8,006 bases of DNA. Origin: Octopus sinensis (lineage: Eukaryota). Below are positions 6,480-8,006 of the stretch, piece after piece. Position numbers and translations under genes: made by a program. The notes beneath the pieces are model-generated. The model saw only the letters and a list, made by a program, of their open reading frames with translations. It was not told the DNA's origin and made no database searches. Positions within the stretch are counted from its first letter, which is position 1, and the number at the start of each line of letters is the position of its first letter. Location of the stretch: positions 1 through 8,006 of the forward strand of contig NW_021828625.1 in NCBI RefSeq assembly GCF_006345805.1. The letters run 5' to 3'.

Positions 6480-7361
6480 TTAATTAATTTTTTTCTTCAA
6501 TTCAGCTGCTGAGATCTCTTCACTGGTGGGGGAACCATTTAATTTTTTTACAGTACCAGCTTATTGGGAGATCCCAAAAATCAAATAACTCCAACCAATC
6601 AGTAAACAAACAAATTGGTTGCTCTCTTTACAACAAAAAATTTCGCCTTGCAAGTTTTTCCTCAAATTGTGACATCATTCCACATTTTGCCTACAAAGTG
6701 TAGTTTGTCACCTGTCATACCATGTGTAGTTTTCGCTGTTTTTCTTAACATAGGTCTCCCTATTTCCTTCCATGTGTTGGTGTTAATGATTGAAATATCA
6801 CTACCTGTATCCAGTTGTAATTTTATATTTACTCCATTTATTTTACAGGTACAAATTTCCTTATTTGGGAGTCAATTTTACTTTCTGCTGAGAGCACTTT
6901 GGAATTTTTAACATTTGACCCTTGTAGTTTTGTTCTGCAGTGTGAACTCTTGTGTCCAAATTTTTAACAGCTGTAACATTTTTGGTTTTTAAAAGGACAA
7001 TCTTTTCTGAAATTCAGGCCTCCACATCCATAACATGGATTAGGACCTAGCAATCTTCTTTGGTTACACTTTCTTGGTCAACATATCAGTATTTTTGCGA
7101 AATCCTTTTCTTGAATTTTTCTTATGTCGTGTTTCAGGTTTACTATACTTTGATACCCTTCTGCAACAGTCTGCAAGTTTCAATCTTGGTCGTTGCTTCA
7201 AGTTTTGAAAGAATTCTTGCCCGTATTTCTGTATCTTCATTTGCTGTAAGGCCCTGTACAAAAACGAAGAGTTAAAACATCTCAGGGGTAAGTTCTTCAA
7301 GTTTAAAACTTTTACACATTCTGTTGACTGTTTCTGCATATATAATAAAGTCATCATCCTC
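6480..7361 (-). pseudogene. Disrupted gag C-terminus, two zinc knuckles and retroviral-type aspartic protease
   Basis: CYGCGGLNFRKDC at 7035-6997 (His replaced by Asn). CYSC*KFGHKSSHC at 6978-6937 (CX2CX4HX4C with an internal TAA). IRKFVPVK/INGVNIKLQLDTGSDISIINTNTWKEIGRP with LDTGSD at 6814-6797, then NLF/TDWLELFDFWDLPI. In-frame stops at 7272, 7078, 6964 and 6662; frameshifts near 7362, ~7190, 6841 and ~6604. Confidence 0.9.
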
Positions 7362-7831
7362 TTTTTTATTAAATTCCAACACTCCATTCGAGTATTAAAG
7401 AAAGAAGTTTTATCACCGAATATGTCAGATAGTAATTTGATTGTTTCCTGAAAAAAAATTTCACAAGACTTTTTGGGTAATATGAAACTACAGTGTTGTT
7501 CACACTCAGATGAAGCTAATTTATGTAATAATAACCTTACTTTTACTTCGTCTGACCATGTCTTACAATCTTCCTTAAAAATCTCCTTGTACCTTCTGTA
7601 GTACATTGCAAAAGTTATACCCTCTTCTGGGGCATAACTGAATTCCATAATCGAGTTCAATATGCTGTCTGGTGAAAATGAACTTAACGCATTTACAGAC
7701 TTCCTTGCATAGAGTTCCAATAATTGTTGTTGTTTTAGTTGTTGCTGTTCTAGTTGCTTCTGCAAATCCTGTTGCTGTTCTTCTTGTTGTTTTTGCAACT
7801 GTATTATAAAAGCTAATAGGTCTTCCATCAT
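7064..7831 (-). CDS. Gag N-terminal ORF (255 aa in the track). Only codons ~1-157 (7831-7362) are in the Gag frame; the rest is off-frame read-through after a frameshift
   Basis: ATG at 7831. A Q-rich N-terminus is followed by a K02A2.6-like Gag segment (EFSYAPEEGITF...RYKEIFKEDC...KVRLLL.KL...FILPKK...FQETIKLLSDIFG..TSFFNTR). After the A6 run at 7362-7367 the Gag-like sequence continues in another frame (EDDDFIIYAETVNRMC). Confidence 0.7.
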   Translation of the reverse strand: MMEDLLAFIIQLQKQQEEQQQDLQKQLEQQQLKQQQLLELYARKSVNALSSFSPDSILNSIMEFSYAPEEGITFAMYYRRYKEIFKEDCKTWSDEVKVRLLLHKLASSECEQHCSFILPKKSCEIFFQETIKLLSDIFGDKTSFFNTRMECWNLIKKRMMTLLYMQKQSTECVKVLNLKNLPLRCFNSSFLYRALQQMKIQKYGQEFFQNLKQRPRLKLADCCRRVSKYSKPETRHKKNSRKGFRKNTDMLTKKV

Positions 7832-7883
7832 TTAACAAGTCGTATCACAAACAAATTGTTGAATAACCTACGTGAGCTTCAAA

Positions 7884-7896
7884 ACCCTCATCGCCA
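7884..7896 (-). promoter_or_regulatory. Primer binding site, probably tRNA-Ser(GCU)
   Basis: Minus strand TGGCGATGAGGGT lies ~50 nt upstream of the gag ATG and 2 nt after a ...GATACA putative LTR end. The 3' end of metazoan tRNA-Ser(GCU) (...AUCCUCGUCGCCA, recalled) predicts TGGCGACGAGGAT. That is 11/13 identical, and both differences can still pair as G:U. Confidence 0.75.
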
Positions 7897-7898
7897 CA

Positions 7899-8006
7899 TG
7901 TATCCTCTGTCTCCAAATGTCACGGTACTGCCACGATATTGTGATGGATGGTTTAGATACACTGTACCAGTGATGTAACAAGAAGCAAGATAATGAGGCA
8001 GCCATA
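7899..8006 (-). mobile_element. Putative 3' part of the 5' LTR, running off the window edge
   Basis: On the minus strand it ends ...GAGGATACA (CA terminus) immediately before the PBS. No second LTR is present in the window to confirm it. Confidence 0.5.

Larger units (their letters stand above)
5699..7899 (-). mobile_element. Decayed Ty3/Gypsy LTR retrotransposon (K02A2.6-like): PBS-gag-ZnK-protease-[RT/RNaseH absent]-integrase N-terminus, interrupted by a SINE at 6072-6470
   Basis: Hand translation of the minus strand across frameshifts gives four recognisable parts. Gag-like: FSYAPEEGITFAMYYRRYKEIFKEDC...KVRLLLHKL...FILPKK...LLSDIFGDKTSFFNTRMEC, then EDDDFIIYAETVNRMCKSFKLEEL...FVQGLT...EIRARILSKLE. 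Two Cys/His knuckles. Protease: KLQLDTGSDISIIN. Integrase-like: FHSGYMGMSRMKALMRSYVYW...SCRGCALAAKAPPVK. A PBS lies upstream of the ATG. Confidence 0.92.

Noticed and set aside
5699-6840. Protease directly followed by integrase, as in Ty1/Copia domain order
   Set aside because: The integrase segment is the Gypsy-type H2C2 region, preceded by the LPVT connection that normally follows RNase H. This is an internal deletion, not Copia order.
7361-7368. A_AAA_AAG slippery heptamer in phase at the point where the gag frame shifts by -1
   Set aside because: It falls within Gag rather than at the gag-pol boundary, and the target frame hits a stop at 7272 after 29 codons. A 1-nt deletion in an A7 run is simpler given the many other lesions.
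6615-7838. Plus-strand ORFs 6615-6911 and 7060-7275, and minus-strand ORF 7575-7838
   Set aside because: They are antisense or alternate-frame shadows of the gag/protease sequence, with no independent protein features.

Overview
AT-rich (non-prokaryotic) animal genomic DNA with no supportable host protein-coding exon. The repeat content looks like octopus/coleoid cephalopod intronic or intergenic DNA; this rests on recalled repeat families, not a search. It holds several tRNA-derived SINEs of at least three types and many (CA/TA/TG)n, (CAT)n, (GGT)n and (CAA)n microsatellites. It also holds a 333-bp MITE-like element with 35-bp TIRs, two isolated TTAA-CCCTTTAG-type termini, and a Penelope-like terminal fragment carrying a minimal type I hammerhead ribozyme fold (547-592). 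The right third (5699-8006, minus strand) is a decayed Ty3/Gypsy (K02A2.6-like) LTR retrotransposon. In order it has a putative LTR end, a tRNA-Ser(GCU)-type PBS, gag with two zinc knuckles, an aspartic protease (LDTGSD) and then directly the integrase H2C2 region. RT and RNase H are missing, and a young SINE sits at the junction. The first ~157 gag codons are free of lesions, whereas the rest of the element carries about 14 stops and frameshifts. Most ORFs in the supplied track are microsatellite or repeat artefacts.
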